From NCBI GenBank assembly GCA_052279835.1, contig CP181291.1:5760001-5824000 (forward strand): 64,000 nt of DNA, in the 5' to 3' direction. The DNA is from Microcoleus sp. GTDB lineage: Bacteria; Cyanobacteriota; Cyanobacteriia; Cyanobacteriales; Microcoleaceae. Below are positions 19,073 to 28,908 of the stretch, piece after piece. The translations under genes and the position numbers were made by a program. Below the pieces are notes generated by a model, which had not been told where the DNA came from, did no database searches, and saw only the letters and a list, made by a program, of their open reading frames with translations. Each line of letters begins with the position of its first letter. The stretch's first letter is position 1.

Positions 19073-20845
19073 ATGGCACAAGCACAACTTCCGGTAAATA
19101 CACCGCCAGAAATTAAAGGCGATACTTATTCCCACCATCCAAAAGCGTGGAAATGGTATGACTACTTTACTTTCAACATAGACCACAAAGTAATTGGTAT
19201 TCAATACCTAGTAACAGCGTTTATTTTCTACCTGATTGGCGGATTAATGGCGATGGCGATGCGGGCGGAACTTTACACCCCCGATTCCGACTTTATGGAC
19301 CCGAACCTCTACAACGCTTTCCTGACTAACCACGGGACGATCATGATTTTCCTGTGGATCGTGCCAGCAGCGATCGGCGGATTCGGCAACTTTTTAGTCC
19401 CGCTGATGATCGGCGCTAGAGACATGGCGTTTCCCAAGCTCAACGCGATCGCCTTTTGGGTGAATCCCCCCGCCGGACTCATCCTCATGAGCAGCTTCTT
19501 CTTCGGAGGAGCTCAATCGGGTTGGACCTCCTATCCGCCACTGAGCGTGATTACAGCCAACACCGCTCAATCAATGTGGATTTTGTCGATCGTCCTAGCA
19601 GGAACCTCCTCAATTTTGGGTTCCCTCAACTTTGTTGTCACCATCCTAAAGATGAAAGTTCCCAGCATGAAATGGGATCAACTTCCCCTATTTTGCTGGT
19701 CAATTTTGGCAACTTCCGTGCTCGCACTGGTATCAACTCCAGTATTAGCAGTGGGCTTGACATTGCTGCTGTTTGATATCAACTTCGGCACCTCATTCTA
19801 CAAACCAGATGCCGGCGGCAACGTCGTTATTTATCAACACTTATTCTGGTTTTATTCCCACCCGGCAGTTTATTTGATGATTCTGCCCATCTTCGGGATC
19901 ATGTCCGAAGTTATCCCAGTTCACGCCCGCAAACCGATTTTTGGCTATAAGGCGATCGCCTATTCTAGCTTAGCCATCTGCTTAGTCGGATTGTTCGTTT
20001 GGGTGCACCATATGTTCACCAGCGGTACACCTCCCTGGATGCGGATGTTCTTCACCGTTTCCACCCTGATTGTGGCGGTTCCCACTGGTGTGAAGATTTT
20101 CGGTTGGACAGCTACCCTGTGGGGCGGTAAAATCCGTTACACCAGTGCGATGTTATTTGCGATCGGCTTATTGATGATGTTCGTCTTCGGTGGATTGACC
20201 GGAGTCACATTAGGCACTGCACCCTTCGATGTCCACGTACACGACAGCTACTACGTCGTCGGCCACTTCCACTACGTGCTCTTTGGCGGTTCCGTCTTCG
20301 GCCTCTACGCCGGAATTTACCACTGGTTCCCCAAAATCACCGGCCGGATGTACAACGAAACCTGGGGCCGCGTTCACTTCGTCCTCACCTTCATCGGCAC
20401 CAACCTCACCTTCTTACCCATGCACCAATTGGGCCTGCAAGGAATGCCCCGCCGGATTGCCATGTATGACCCCCAATTCGAGTCCCTCAACAAACTTTGT
20501 ACCTACGGTTCAATTCTGCTCGGATTTTCGGTACTTCCCTTCTTCTTCAACATGATTTGGAGTTGGATGTACGGTCCCAAAGCCAGCAGCAACCCTTGGG
20601 AAGCCTTAACTTTGGAATGGACAACTGCTTCGCCACCCATCATTGAAAACTGGGAAGTATTGCCCGTTGTCACTCACGGCCCCTACGACTACGGTATGAA
20701 TAATTTCGTTCCGAACATAGATCCTTTAGGCGTCCTGATTCCAGCAGGTAATCAAAAAGCAGTTGCCATTTCTCAGGCTGCATCCGCATCGGATGTCAAC
20801 AAAAATGCTGATGATGGCAACGGATCGAGTCAGAATGGTCATTAA
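19073..20845 (+). CDS. ctaD: Cytochrome c oxidase subunit I
   Basis: DHKVIG.QY, LFWFYSHPAVY, VWVHHM, HFHYV, GMPRR. Confidence 0.98.
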   Translation: MAQAQLPVNTPPEIKGDTYSHHPKAWKWYDYFTFNIDHKVIGIQYLVTAFIFYLIGGLMAMAMRAELYTPDSDFMDPNLYNAFLTNHGTIMIFLWIVPAAIGGFGNFLVPLMIGARDMAFPKLNAIAFWVNPPAGLILMSSFFFGGAQSGWTSYPPLSVITANTAQSMWILSIVLAGTSSILGSLNFVVTILKMKVPSMKWDQLPLFCWSILATSVLALVSTPVLAVGLTLLLFDINFGTSFYKPDAGGNVVIYQHLFWFYSHPAVYLMILPIFGIMSEVIPVHARKPIFGYKAIAYSSLAICLVGLFVWVHHMFTSGTPPWMRMFFTVSTLIVAVPTGVKIFGWTATLWGGKIRYTSAMLFAIGLLMMFVFGGLTGVTLGTAPFDVHVHDSYYVVGHFHYVLFGGSVFGLYAGIYHWFPKITGRMYNETWGRVHFVLTFIGTNLTFLPMHQLGLQGMPRRIAMYDPQFESLNKLCTYGSILLGFSVLPFFFNMIWSWMYGPKASSNPWEALTLEWTTASPPIIENWEVLPVVTHGPYDYGMNNFVPNIDPLGVLIPAGNQKAVAISQAASASDVNKNADDGNGSSQNGH

Positions 20846-20992
20846 TTAGTCAAAAATAGGACACCAAAAACCCTGGTGGTTGAGCGAAGTCGAAACCTTA
20901 GTCCCTTCGAGTTCGCTCAAAGTAAAAGATTGAGCAAACTCGAAGGGAGCAAATTTTTCACCAGCCCCCGCTCAAAGTACAACAACAGAATA

Positions 20993-21114
20993 GGGAGCAT
21001 CGCGATTTTGTAAGGGCTATAGCATGACCGTAGACAATTTATTAGTGATCACCAAAGATTTACAGCGGTCATGCTTCGCCCCTACGAATATATTTGCCAA
21101 ACAAAGATGCACCC
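20993..21114. mobile_element. MITE family B
   Basis: GGGAGCATC..ATTTTG / CAAA..AGATGCACCC ends; related copies at 24494-24615 and 46976-47096. Confidence 0.7.
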
Positions 21115-21198
21115 ACACAATAGCCCCATACCCGACTTCTTCGAGAAGTCTAGGATCTCAAACAAGATAGTTTCAAGCCTTTAATATTGGAGACTTTT

Positions 21199-21840
21199 AT
21201 GCAAGGTTCAGCAATTGATAGTCCAGAAAGTGTACTCAACTCGTCAGTCCCTCCAGTCGCGGCAGCCAGCGCCGGGGAACACCACGAAGAACACCCAGAT
21301 TTGCGACTGTTTGGGCTCGTGACTTTTCTAATTTCTGAATCCCTCATGTTTGGAGGGCTGTTTGCAACTTACTTATTATTGCGAGGTGGTGCAGAATCTT
21401 GGCCACCAGAAGGCACAGAAGTAGAATTATTGTTGCCGACAATCAACACAATTATTCTGGTTTCCAGCAGTTTTGTAATTCACTTCGGTGACACTGCGGT
21501 CAAAAAGAATGATATCAAAGGAATGCGATTTTGGTACGCCATTACTGCGGTGATGGGACTTGTTTTCTTAGGAGGTCAAGTTTATGAATATATGACCTTG
21601 GGTTATGGCTTGACTGAGAATATATTTGCTAACTGTTTCTATGTGATGACAGGTTTCCACGGTTTGCACGTTTTTCTTGGTATCTGCTTAATTTTGGGCG
21701 TGCTCTGGCGGAGTCGCCGCGAGGGCCATTACTCAAATGTGAAGCACACAGGTATCGAAATGGCAGAAATTTACTGGCACTTCGTAGACATTATTTGGAT
21801 TGTTTTGTTCTTGCTAATTTACGTCCTCACTCTTTTCTAA
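21199..21840 (+). CDS. ctaE: Cytochrome c oxidase subunit III
   Basis: FL.SE...F, TGFHGLHV, YWHFVD.IW; ATG 21199 chosen as start. Confidence 0.96.
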   Translation: MQGSAIDSPESVLNSSVPPVAAASAGEHHEEHPDLRLFGLVTFLISESLMFGGLFATYLLLRGGAESWPPEGTEVELLLPTINTIILVSSSFVIHFGDTAVKKNDIKGMRFWYAITAVMGLVFLGGQVYEYMTLGYGLTENIFANCFYVMTGFHGLHVFLGICLILGVLWRSRREGHYSNVKHTGIEMAEIYWHFVDIIWIVLFLLIYVLTLF

Positions 21841-21858
21841 ACTGCTAGTAGATTCAGC

Positions 21859-21886
21859 AAAAAACCCCCAGCCTTGGGGGTTTTTT
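21859..21886 (+). terminator. Intrinsic terminator after ctaE
   Basis: AAAAAACCCCCA-GCCT-TGGGGGTTTTTT hairpin followed by a T tract. Confidence 0.8.
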
Positions 21887-21932
21887 ATTTTTTTATGCTT
21901 GCAGTTTCTTGGGTGGTTTAAAACCCAGTTCA

Positions 21933-22036
21933 TATCGTTTCCGGCTACATCGGAATGATTTAACCTTACTAGAACACAGAGGACACAGAGGGAGAGAATA
22001 AAGAGATGAATAATTCAGATGCTACCGGATTTGATA
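21933..22036. mobile_element. MITE family A
   Basis: Near-identical to 486-587; TCA/TCA flanks. Confidence 0.85.
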
Positions 22037-22342
22037 TCAATAGTCAAACTTTCGTCTACCTCAGCAGACAAGCAAGATTGAGGGATATTTAAGCCTGTTG
22101 CTATATCAGCAGTCGGGTTTCTGGCTATAATGTTTTGTAAAAATATGATGACTTATATAGCCTTTCTCAGAAAGAGGAGGTACGATCGAGAATTGGTAAT
22201 AGGTAATTGGTAATGCCCTATACTTCGACAACGCTGGAGCCCAAGTACCCTATGCCCCATACTTCGACTTGGTTCAGCCGCAGACAAGTTGATTTACTAA
22301 TCAAAAATATACAAATTATCCACAATTTAAAATTTTACACCC

Positions 22343-23776
22343 ATGTCTCAAAAAAATGAAACAGTTATTCTAGTGTTATCCTTAGCAATTACCATGGGGC
22401 TAGCCAGTGCAGGTATTTGGTGGCTGACAAAGAGTAAAGACATCAATTTAGGGAGTAAGTCTTCGGAAAAATTGATTTCTAACGCTTCCCCAACAGCCAA
22501 TGCTTCGCAATCACAACAGTCGATTGAGCAGCGTTTGAGCCTAGGAGAAAAACTGTTAATTCCAGGGGGAGCAACGGCCAAAAAACAAGAAGCTGTAGCG
22601 GCGATCGCATCTAGCAACTACAACACAGCTATTTCCAATCTAGAAGCCTCCCTACAAACAAATCGCAACGATCCAGAAGCCTTAATTTATCTCAATAACG
22701 CCCGGATTGGCGACAAAAAATCCTATACTATTGCTGTGGCTGTTCCCATTGGTAGCGATATCAATGCAGCTCAAGAAATGCTGCGGGGCGTGGCTCAAGC
22801 TCAAAATGAAATCAACCAAAGTGGTGGGATTAGCGGTATTCCTTTAAAAGTGCTGATTGCTAATGATGATAATAACCCAGAGATAGCCTCCAAAATAGCC
22901 AGTGATTTAGCCAGAAAATCGGAAATTTTAGGAGTAGTCGGACATTTTGGCTCTGATGTCACCCTCGCAGCCAGTAAGGTTTATCAACAAAATCAATTAG
23001 TAGCAATTTCTCCTACCAGTACCTCTGTACAACTCTCTGGGGTTGGTAGTAATATATTTCGGACAGTACCGAGCGATCGATTTGCGGCTAATGCTCTTTC
23101 TCGCTATATGTTAGGAAAATTGAAAAAGCAAAAAGTTGTGGTTTTTTTCAATTCTACCAGCAGTTACAGCAACTCTTTAAAAAATGAATTTACCACAGCT
23201 ATCTACGCAGATGGAGGACAAATTATATCGGAGTTTGATTTAGCTAACGGCAATTTTAATGCTGCCGATAGCGTTGAAAAAGCGATCGCCCAAGGAGCAG
23301 AAGCTATCATGTTAGCATCAAACTCTAGCACCATAGAGCAAGCTTTGCAAGTAGTGAAATTCAACGCGAAACGGTTGCCATTATTAGCCGGAGATGGCGC
23401 TTATACGGCTAAAATACTACAAATTGGTGCAGCGGGAGCAACAGGTATGACGATCGCAGTTCCTTGGCACATTCTGGCAGATCCCCAGTCCAGTTTTCCC
23501 CAAGCATCAAAACTTTTATGGAATGCTGAAGTCAGTTGGCGTACAGCTTTAGCCTACGACGCGGCGAAAGCTTTAATTGCTGGTTTACAGGTGAATCCGA
23601 CTCGTAGCGGTATTCAAAAAGCTCTCTCAGCGTCGGATTTTTCGGTAACGGGGGCGAATGGTGCGATTCGATTTTTAGCTTCGGGCGATCGCAATCAAGG
23701 CGTTCAGTTAGTAACTGTGCAACCGGGAAATCGCACCAGTTACGGTTATGACTTTGTACCGATATCTGGTTTGTGA
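22343..23776 (+). CDS. Branched-chain amino acid/ligand-binding ABC substrate-binding-type protein, membrane anchored
   Basis: N-terminal TM; NDPEALIYLNNA, LRGVAQAQ.EIN..GGI.G, VVGH..S, FRTVPSD, AYDA. Confidence 0.88.
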   Translation: MSQKNETVILVLSLAITMGLASAGIWWLTKSKDINLGSKSSEKLISNASPTANASQSQQSIEQRLSLGEKLLIPGGATAKKQEAVAAIASSNYNTAISNLEASLQTNRNDPEALIYLNNARIGDKKSYTIAVAVPIGSDINAAQEMLRGVAQAQNEINQSGGISGIPLKVLIANDDNNPEIASKIASDLARKSEILGVVGHFGSDVTLAASKVYQQNQLVAISPTSTSVQLSGVGSNIFRTVPSDRFAANALSRYMLGKLKKQKVVVFFNSTSSYSNSLKNEFTTAIYADGGQIISEFDLANGNFNAADSVEKAIAQGAEAIMLASNSSTIEQALQVVKFNAKRLPLLAGDGAYTAKILQIGAAGATGMTIAVPWHILADPQSSFPQASKLLWNAEVSWRTALAYDAAKALIAGLQVNPTRSGIQKALSASDFSVTGANGAIRFLASGDRNQGVQLVTVQPGNRTSYGYDFVPISGL

Positions 23777-23854
23777 GCTATTCGTGAGTGTGGAATGTAG
23801 GTTATAAATTGATAATTAGGGATAATTTATATTAAAATAGAACAACAAGTTTGG

Positions 23855-24490
23855 ATGGTGAATCCTATGACTTCTCAAGTTGTGTCTCCGGTGATAGCTG
23901 AATCTTTGCCAGAACAGCGCGTGGTGTTGGAGGGGGTAAGTTGGCAACAGTATGAATTATTGTTAGCCACTTTTGGCGATGATTTTCCAGCTTTGCGGTT
24001 GAGCTATTTGGAAGGAATGTTAGAAATTATGAGTACATCTCCCCTACATGAAGAGCTCAAAAAAATGATTGGGATGCTGATGGAAGCATATTTTCAGGAT
24101 ACACGTACCCGCTTTCATGCGATCGGTTCGGCAACGTTTCGCAAGGTTTCTAAGCAGCGCGGATTGGAGCCTGATGAGTGCTATTGTTTGGGACAGAAAA
24201 AGGATTTTCCAGATTTAGCGATCGAGGTTGTGCTCAGTAGTGGCATTGTGGATAAGTTGGAGATTTACCGAGGGCTGGGAGTGACGGAAGTTTGGGTGTG
24301 GGAAGCAGGACGATTTACGATTCATCATCTGCGGGCGGAGGGCTATGAATGTGTTGTCAGGAGTGAGTTGTTGCCAGAATGTGACATGGAGTTGTTAGCT
24401 AATTATGTCAAGCCAGAGGAACAGTTTGATGCGGTGATTGCTTTTCGGGATGAATTGAAGATGCGATTGTCTAGCCAACCGCAGGAGTGA
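23855..24490 (+). CDS. Uma2-family protein
   Basis: VSWQQYE.LL, LEIMS.SP.HE, LEPDECY, PDLAIEV, GV.EVW.W. Confidence 0.9.
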   Translation: MVNPMTSQVVSPVIAESLPEQRVVLEGVSWQQYELLLATFGDDFPALRLSYLEGMLEIMSTSPLHEELKKMIGMLMEAYFQDTRTRFHAIGSATFRKVSKQRGLEPDECYCLGQKKDFPDLAIEVVLSSGIVDKLEIYRGLGVTEVWVWEAGRFTIHHLRAEGYECVVRSELLPECDMELLANYVKPEEQFDAVIAFRDELKMRLSSQPQE

Positions 24491-24493
24491 GTT

Positions 24494-24615
24494 GGGTGCA
24501 TCTCTATTTTGCAAGTATATTTCTAGGGGCTTTCGCATGACGGCTGTAAATCTCTGGCGATAGCTAATAAATTGTCTGCGCTCATGCTTCGCCTATGCAA
24601 AATCGGGATGCTCCC
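24494..24615. mobile_element. MITE family B (opposite orientation)
   Basis: GGGTGCATCT...CAAAATCGGGATGCTCCC. Confidence 0.7.
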
Positions 24616-24726
24616 AGTGAGTTTGTGTCTATATTCTCCGATGTCCACTTTCTTTAAGAAGTAGGGAATCTAACAAAAAAGTGTTTTATTTATGTGTTAA
24701 AATACAATCTAAAATTTGATATTTTT

Positions 24727-24903
24727 GTGCAAAAAACTAAAACCCCTGTGGTTATTTTGTCACTCTTAATGACGATCGCGATTCTGGGTACTGCTATTTG
24801 GTGGTTTACACGCAGTAGCGTCAATCTCCCGACTCCATCACCACCACCTCGTACTCTTCCCAAGGCACCCACCCCAAAACCGCCATCGTCATCTCTCCGA
24901 TAG
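24727..24903 (+). pseudogene. Short ORF or stub resembling the N-terminal anchor of the 22343 protein
   Basis: QKTKTPVVILSLLMTIAILGTAIWWFTRS versus QKNETVILVLSLAITMGLASAGIWWLTKS; then a Pro-rich tail and stop. Confidence 0.45.
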
Positions 24904-24920
24904 ATCCAGAATTTTTTAGG

Positions 24921-25310
24921 TTAGTTCAAAGCTGGCTTCACAACCAGAATCCCTTTACCTGGGCCTTCATAAATTTCGACCCTCGATACTTGTCCACTAC
25001 CAGCATAATATGTTACATCTGCTTTGGAGCGAGATGGCATTGATTGCCAAACACCATCTTTTGAAAACACCAAATTAGTTGTGAACCCATCATCCCAATT
25101 AATGATAATTTGATTGGGATTCTGCTTAATTGAACAGCCGATTGTTTGTGCTTGTGGTTGATTCTGTCCGTAAAAACTGCATTGAGATCGATAATTCTCA
25201 GTAGAGTTTTTCGTCTGGGCTTGAACACTGATACTGAAAGCGGTGACAGATGCTAGGAGCACATTTGCTACCAAAGCAGTTGTATAAACCAAAGATGAGT
25301 GGAGTTTCAT
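24921..25310 (-). CDS. Secreted hypothetical protein
   Basis: 129 aa; signal peptide ending VQA; two Cys. Confidence 0.7.
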   Translation of the reverse strand: MKLHSSLVYTTALVANVLLASVTAFSISVQAQTKNSTENYRSQCSFYGQNQPQAQTIGCSIKQNPNQIIINWDDGFTTNLVFSKDGVWQSMPSRSKADVTYYAGSGQVSRVEIYEGPGKGILVVKPALN

Positions 25311-25376
25311 AGATTGGGTATTTTCGAGAAAAATAACTAACTTTATGTTACGGCAATACTTATACTGTGAAATTCT

Positions 25377-25500
25377 ACTCGTTACCAGGCTCCAGCCTGG
25401 TAATGCTGATCCGGAGGCTCTGCCTCAATTTCTATTTCCCCCCCCCCAGCGAGGCAGAGCCTCTAGATATGGGTTCCCAGGCTCCAGCCTGGGAACCAGT
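25377..25500. mobile_element. MITE/REP family C (GAGGCTCTGCCTC / GAGGCAGAGCCTC)
   Basis: Nested inverted repeats; same family as 56022-56452. Confidence 0.75.
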
Positions 25501-25542
25501 TATATGGAACCCTTCGACTACGCTCAGGGTACGGAGATGTAG

Positions 25543-27981
25543 CTAAACTTGGGAAACGGCGATCGCCCTAACGGGTCGATTTCTCTCAAAAATAGCCCGT
25601 GGTTTCAAAGCTATTCTCAACAACAACCAAAGCGATCGCCATTCTCCCGGTGTTTCCAATCCTTGCCACTGTCCAGGCCGACAATAGAGCATTTCAATCA
25701 AACAACGGTGTTGGTTAATATTTAGGCGATCGAAGGCAATTCGGACAGTGGGAAATCCTGCTGGCTGAAAACTTGCATCCAACCGTAATTTATCCCTCAC
25801 CAACTCAATCTTAGCCACAGGAATCAAACATTGCTCTTCCATTATTTCCAAAGTAGCCGATGCACAATCTATCAAATCTAGAGGAAAACTAATCTCTGTT
25901 TCCAACTCAAGCATTGACTGGAATGGCTGGCTTGAGTTGAAGTTTCCACCCTGGGAAACATTTCCCCTCACAGCATATTTTGGCAAATTTTCGGCTGTAA
26001 TCAAACTATTTTTGTTGACTTTACCTTTGGGCCCAAAACTCGGATGCTGAGTCAGAGCTACTTCCGCACCACTTTCCGAAATTACAGTAGTTATACCCCA
26101 AAAAGTTGTACCCCCAATCTTCAATTGTACAACCCTGTGTAAATTGAACCATTCGTAAATATCCGGTTTAGGAATATCCACCAAAATTAGTAGCGCAATC
26201 CCCAACATCAGCAAGTTGTAAACGCTCCAAATCCAGCCAAAACTCATCCCTTTTAACGCATCGGCGCTTGCTGCTACTTCCTGTCCACTACCAATATTGT
26301 GAAATAAATAAATGTTTAAATTTTGGCACAAACCCCAAGCGGTAACTAGAAACAAAACGATCAGAGGCCATCCCAAATTCCAGTTAAAATGAAATCGATC
26401 GCTAGCAAGTCCTTTTGGTGTCACCTGAAATCCCTTCCCAAACGGATTGAGCATGGCACTCACCACCGTCATCGCTAAAGGGATACACTGGACAAAGGAG
26501 TAGACATCGGAAAGTAAAGCAGACCGCGATCGGTAATTTAGCCAAGAAAACACCGTAATTTGGACTAAATAATAAGGCAGAAAGAAATACAGTAATTCCT
26601 GGGAATTTGCCCGCACGGGAAGGATGCCTAAAAACCAGTAAGCCAAAGGCATCAACAGCAATAAAACTCTACTTAAACTGGTGAACCAGTGCACCAATCC
26701 TTCCAAGTGAGACAGTCTTTGTCGCAATTTTAACCCCGGAATGGTTAAAGGATTGGAATCGATAAAAAATGCCTGGAGGGTGCCTCGCGCCCACCGCAAT
26801 CTTTGAGTTAGGTGAGCATCTATATTTTCCGCAGCTAAACCTGCACTTAATTTTTCATTTAAATAAACTAAACTATATCCACTTGCTGACAGCCGAATTC
26901 CCGTAAAATAATCTTCGCAAACGGAATTTGTGACAAAGCCTCCCACAGATTCTAAAGCGCTGCGTCTGAGCACAAAAGATGTGCCACAACAAATTACACT
27001 TTCTGCACCATCTTTGAGGAGTTGAATTTGTCTATAAAATACTTCTTCTTCGGAAGTAACAATGTTTTCTAATCCCAGGTTGCGGGCGATGGGGTCGTGA
27101 TTGTAAAAGCTTTGAGGAGTTTGAACAAGGGCGATTTTTGGATTTTGAAAAAATCCTACTGTTCTGGTTAAAAAGTTGGTGGTTGGAATAAAATCTGCAT
27201 CGAAAACAACTAGGAGTTCTCCATTGGTTAAAGCTGTGGCATGATTTATGTTGCCAGCTTTTGCGTGGCGATTATCTGGTCTGCTTATATATTCGCATCC
27301 GAGTTCTTTTGCCAATAATTTGATTTCATGACGTTGAGTATCATCGAGTAAATATACTTTTTTATTGGTATAGTCTAAGGCTTGACAACCGATGATTGTG
27401 CGCCTTAAAATAAAGGCTGGTTCGTTGTAGGTTGGGATTAAAATATCTACGGAAGGGGAAAAGTATCCTGACTCAACGGCAACAGCCATGCGATCGGCTT
27501 CTCTGCCACGATCTTTCACTCTCAGCGTGAAGTAAAGTAGACTGCTGCTAGTGAAAACCATTAACATTTCTAGGAAAAACAGCCCCAAACTAAAGATACC
27601 ATTGAGGGGACTGCTGAGATTGAGAGTAGCGAGCGATCGCCACAAAAAGTAGCGAATTGTTAAAGCCAAAACTATCGCAACTACCACAGCCTGTGACCAT
27701 TTCTGGGGCCGAGGCGAAATTTTCAATACAGCGAAGACTATTGATACTAGGATGAGAGTCGGGAGTAATAAATACATCTGGCTAACAGCAGGCACTTGCA
27801 GCCCCACAGGCGGGTTTTGTTGCCAAATATTGATTTGGGCAAAAACACCGCTGACAGTGCCTTCATGGGAAAACCACGCCCCGACGATCGCACTTACGAA
27901 AGCCACTACCCCTAATAGGACTAAGGTGGCGATCGGCACGGGACGTTTAAAGTCTCGAAGGTGAAATCTGGAATTTGTCAT
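25543..27981 (-). CDS. bcsA: Cellulose synthase-like GT2 (BcsA/CesA family)
   Basis: PTYNE, LLDD, HAKAGN.N, FDADF, QTPQ.F.N.D, CED and QRLRW (D,D,D,QxxRW); TM helices. ATG 27981 preferred as start. Confidence 0.85.
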   Translation of the reverse strand: MTNSRFHLRDFKRPVPIATLVLLGVVAFVSAIVGAWFSHEGTVSGVFAQINIWQQNPPVGLQVPAVSQMYLLLPTLILVSIVFAVLKISPRPQKWSQAVVVAIVLALTIRYFLWRSLATLNLSSPLNGIFSLGLFFLEMLMVFTSSSLLYFTLRVKDRGREADRMAVAVESGYFSPSVDILIPTYNEPAFILRRTIIGCQALDYTNKKVYLLDDTQRHEIKLLAKELGCEYISRPDNRHAKAGNINHATALTNGELLVVFDADFIPTTNFLTRTVGFFQNPKIALVQTPQSFYNHDPIARNLGLENIVTSEEEVFYRQIQLLKDGAESVICCGTSFVLRRSALESVGGFVTNSVCEDYFTGIRLSASGYSLVYLNEKLSAGLAAENIDAHLTQRLRWARGTLQAFFIDSNPLTIPGLKLRQRLSHLEGLVHWFTSLSRVLLLLMPLAYWFLGILPVRANSQELLYFFLPYYLVQITVFSWLNYRSRSALLSDVYSFVQCIPLAMTVVSAMLNPFGKGFQVTPKGLASDRFHFNWNLGWPLIVLFLVTAWGLCQNLNIYLFHNIGSGQEVAASADALKGMSFGWIWSVYNLLMLGIALLILVDIPKPDIYEWFNLHRVVQLKIGGTTFWGITTVISESGAEVALTQHPSFGPKGKVNKNSLITAENLPKYAVRGNVSQGGNFNSSQPFQSMLELETEISFPLDLIDCASATLEIMEEQCLIPVAKIELVRDKLRLDASFQPAGFPTVRIAFDRLNINQHRCLIEMLYCRPGQWQGLETPGEWRSLWLLLRIALKPRAIFERNRPVRAIAVSQV

Positions 27982-28143
27982 AAATGTGAAATGCCCGATC
28001 GAGTCTACAAAAGCTTTCAAACACCATGTAAACACATTTTAACATTTTCACAATTTTCTTCAACGCACTCTCTTCTCCTCCTCTGTGTCCTCTGCGTCCT
28101 CTGCGGTTAAATAAATCAGGTCTAACCGTAAACGACATAACAT

Positions 28144-28725
28144 TCAATCCGCAACTTCCAATTGCGATATAGCATAGCGCGCCACAGTCAAACTATATTT
28201 AGCCCGTTCTATTTCCGACAATTCTGCCCAAGGTTTGCTAAAAACCATCCCTAATTCTCCCCCTTCCCCCTCAACATCTCGCATCGCATAGGCCAAAGGA
28301 CGGGATAAAACTTGCAAATCTTCCTCATCCCACTGAGGTAAAATATCTAACACGCACTCTACCATTTGGTCTGCCAAATATTGATATTTGACCGTGGCAT
28401 TTTGGACACTTTGTGCGATGCTGGCGAGTAAATCTTGAGGAAAACTCACAAATTTATCCCGCAAAGACTTTTGCAAAGTTGTGGTTAGCCAGACTTGTTC
28501 TAATTGCGAGAATAATAATTGTGACTTCTGGGCAATATCCGTGTCGCTGAAGGAATCGGATATTGCAAATTCTTGCTCTAAAGCCATCAAATAAGATTCT
28601 GATTCAACCTGTGCAGGATTCCAGGGATAAGCAACATCAGTCTGAAAAATTGTTGCCAGAAGTTCCATCTCAACCTGAGTTTCCGAGTCGCGAAAATATT
28701 GAGAATCAGGAGGTTGGGGAGCCAT
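28144..28725 (-). CDS. Conserved-type cyanobacterial hypothetical protein downstream of CHAT-FHA
   Basis: 193-aa ORF; YPWNP, LPQW..EDL.V..RP.AYAMR. Confidence 0.75.
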   Translation of the reverse strand: MAPQPPDSQYFRDSETQVEMELLATIFQTDVAYPWNPAQVESESYLMALEQEFAISDSFSDTDIAQKSQLLFSQLEQVWLTTTLQKSLRDKFVSFPQDLLASIAQSVQNATVKYQYLADQMVECVLDILPQWDEEDLQVLSRPLAYAMRDVEGEGGELGMVFSKPWAELSEIERAKYSLTVARYAISQLEVAD

Positions 28726-28908
28726 AATTTAATACCTAAATGGGAAAAAAATACAGAACGGGATGAATGGGAAGTATGAGTTGCGAGTTGTGAATATTTT
28801 TTTTAACTCCAGACTTGAGACTCAATGTCTAAAACTTTGCCGTCCCGATCGCCGATTGCTAAAACTAGCTACACTATCACCTGTATTGGTTCCGCAATCA
28901 ATTTAATT

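Noticed and set aside
18826..19116. 96-aa ORF between ctaC and ctaD
   Set aside because: Made of MITE and TTCCTTC repeat sequence.
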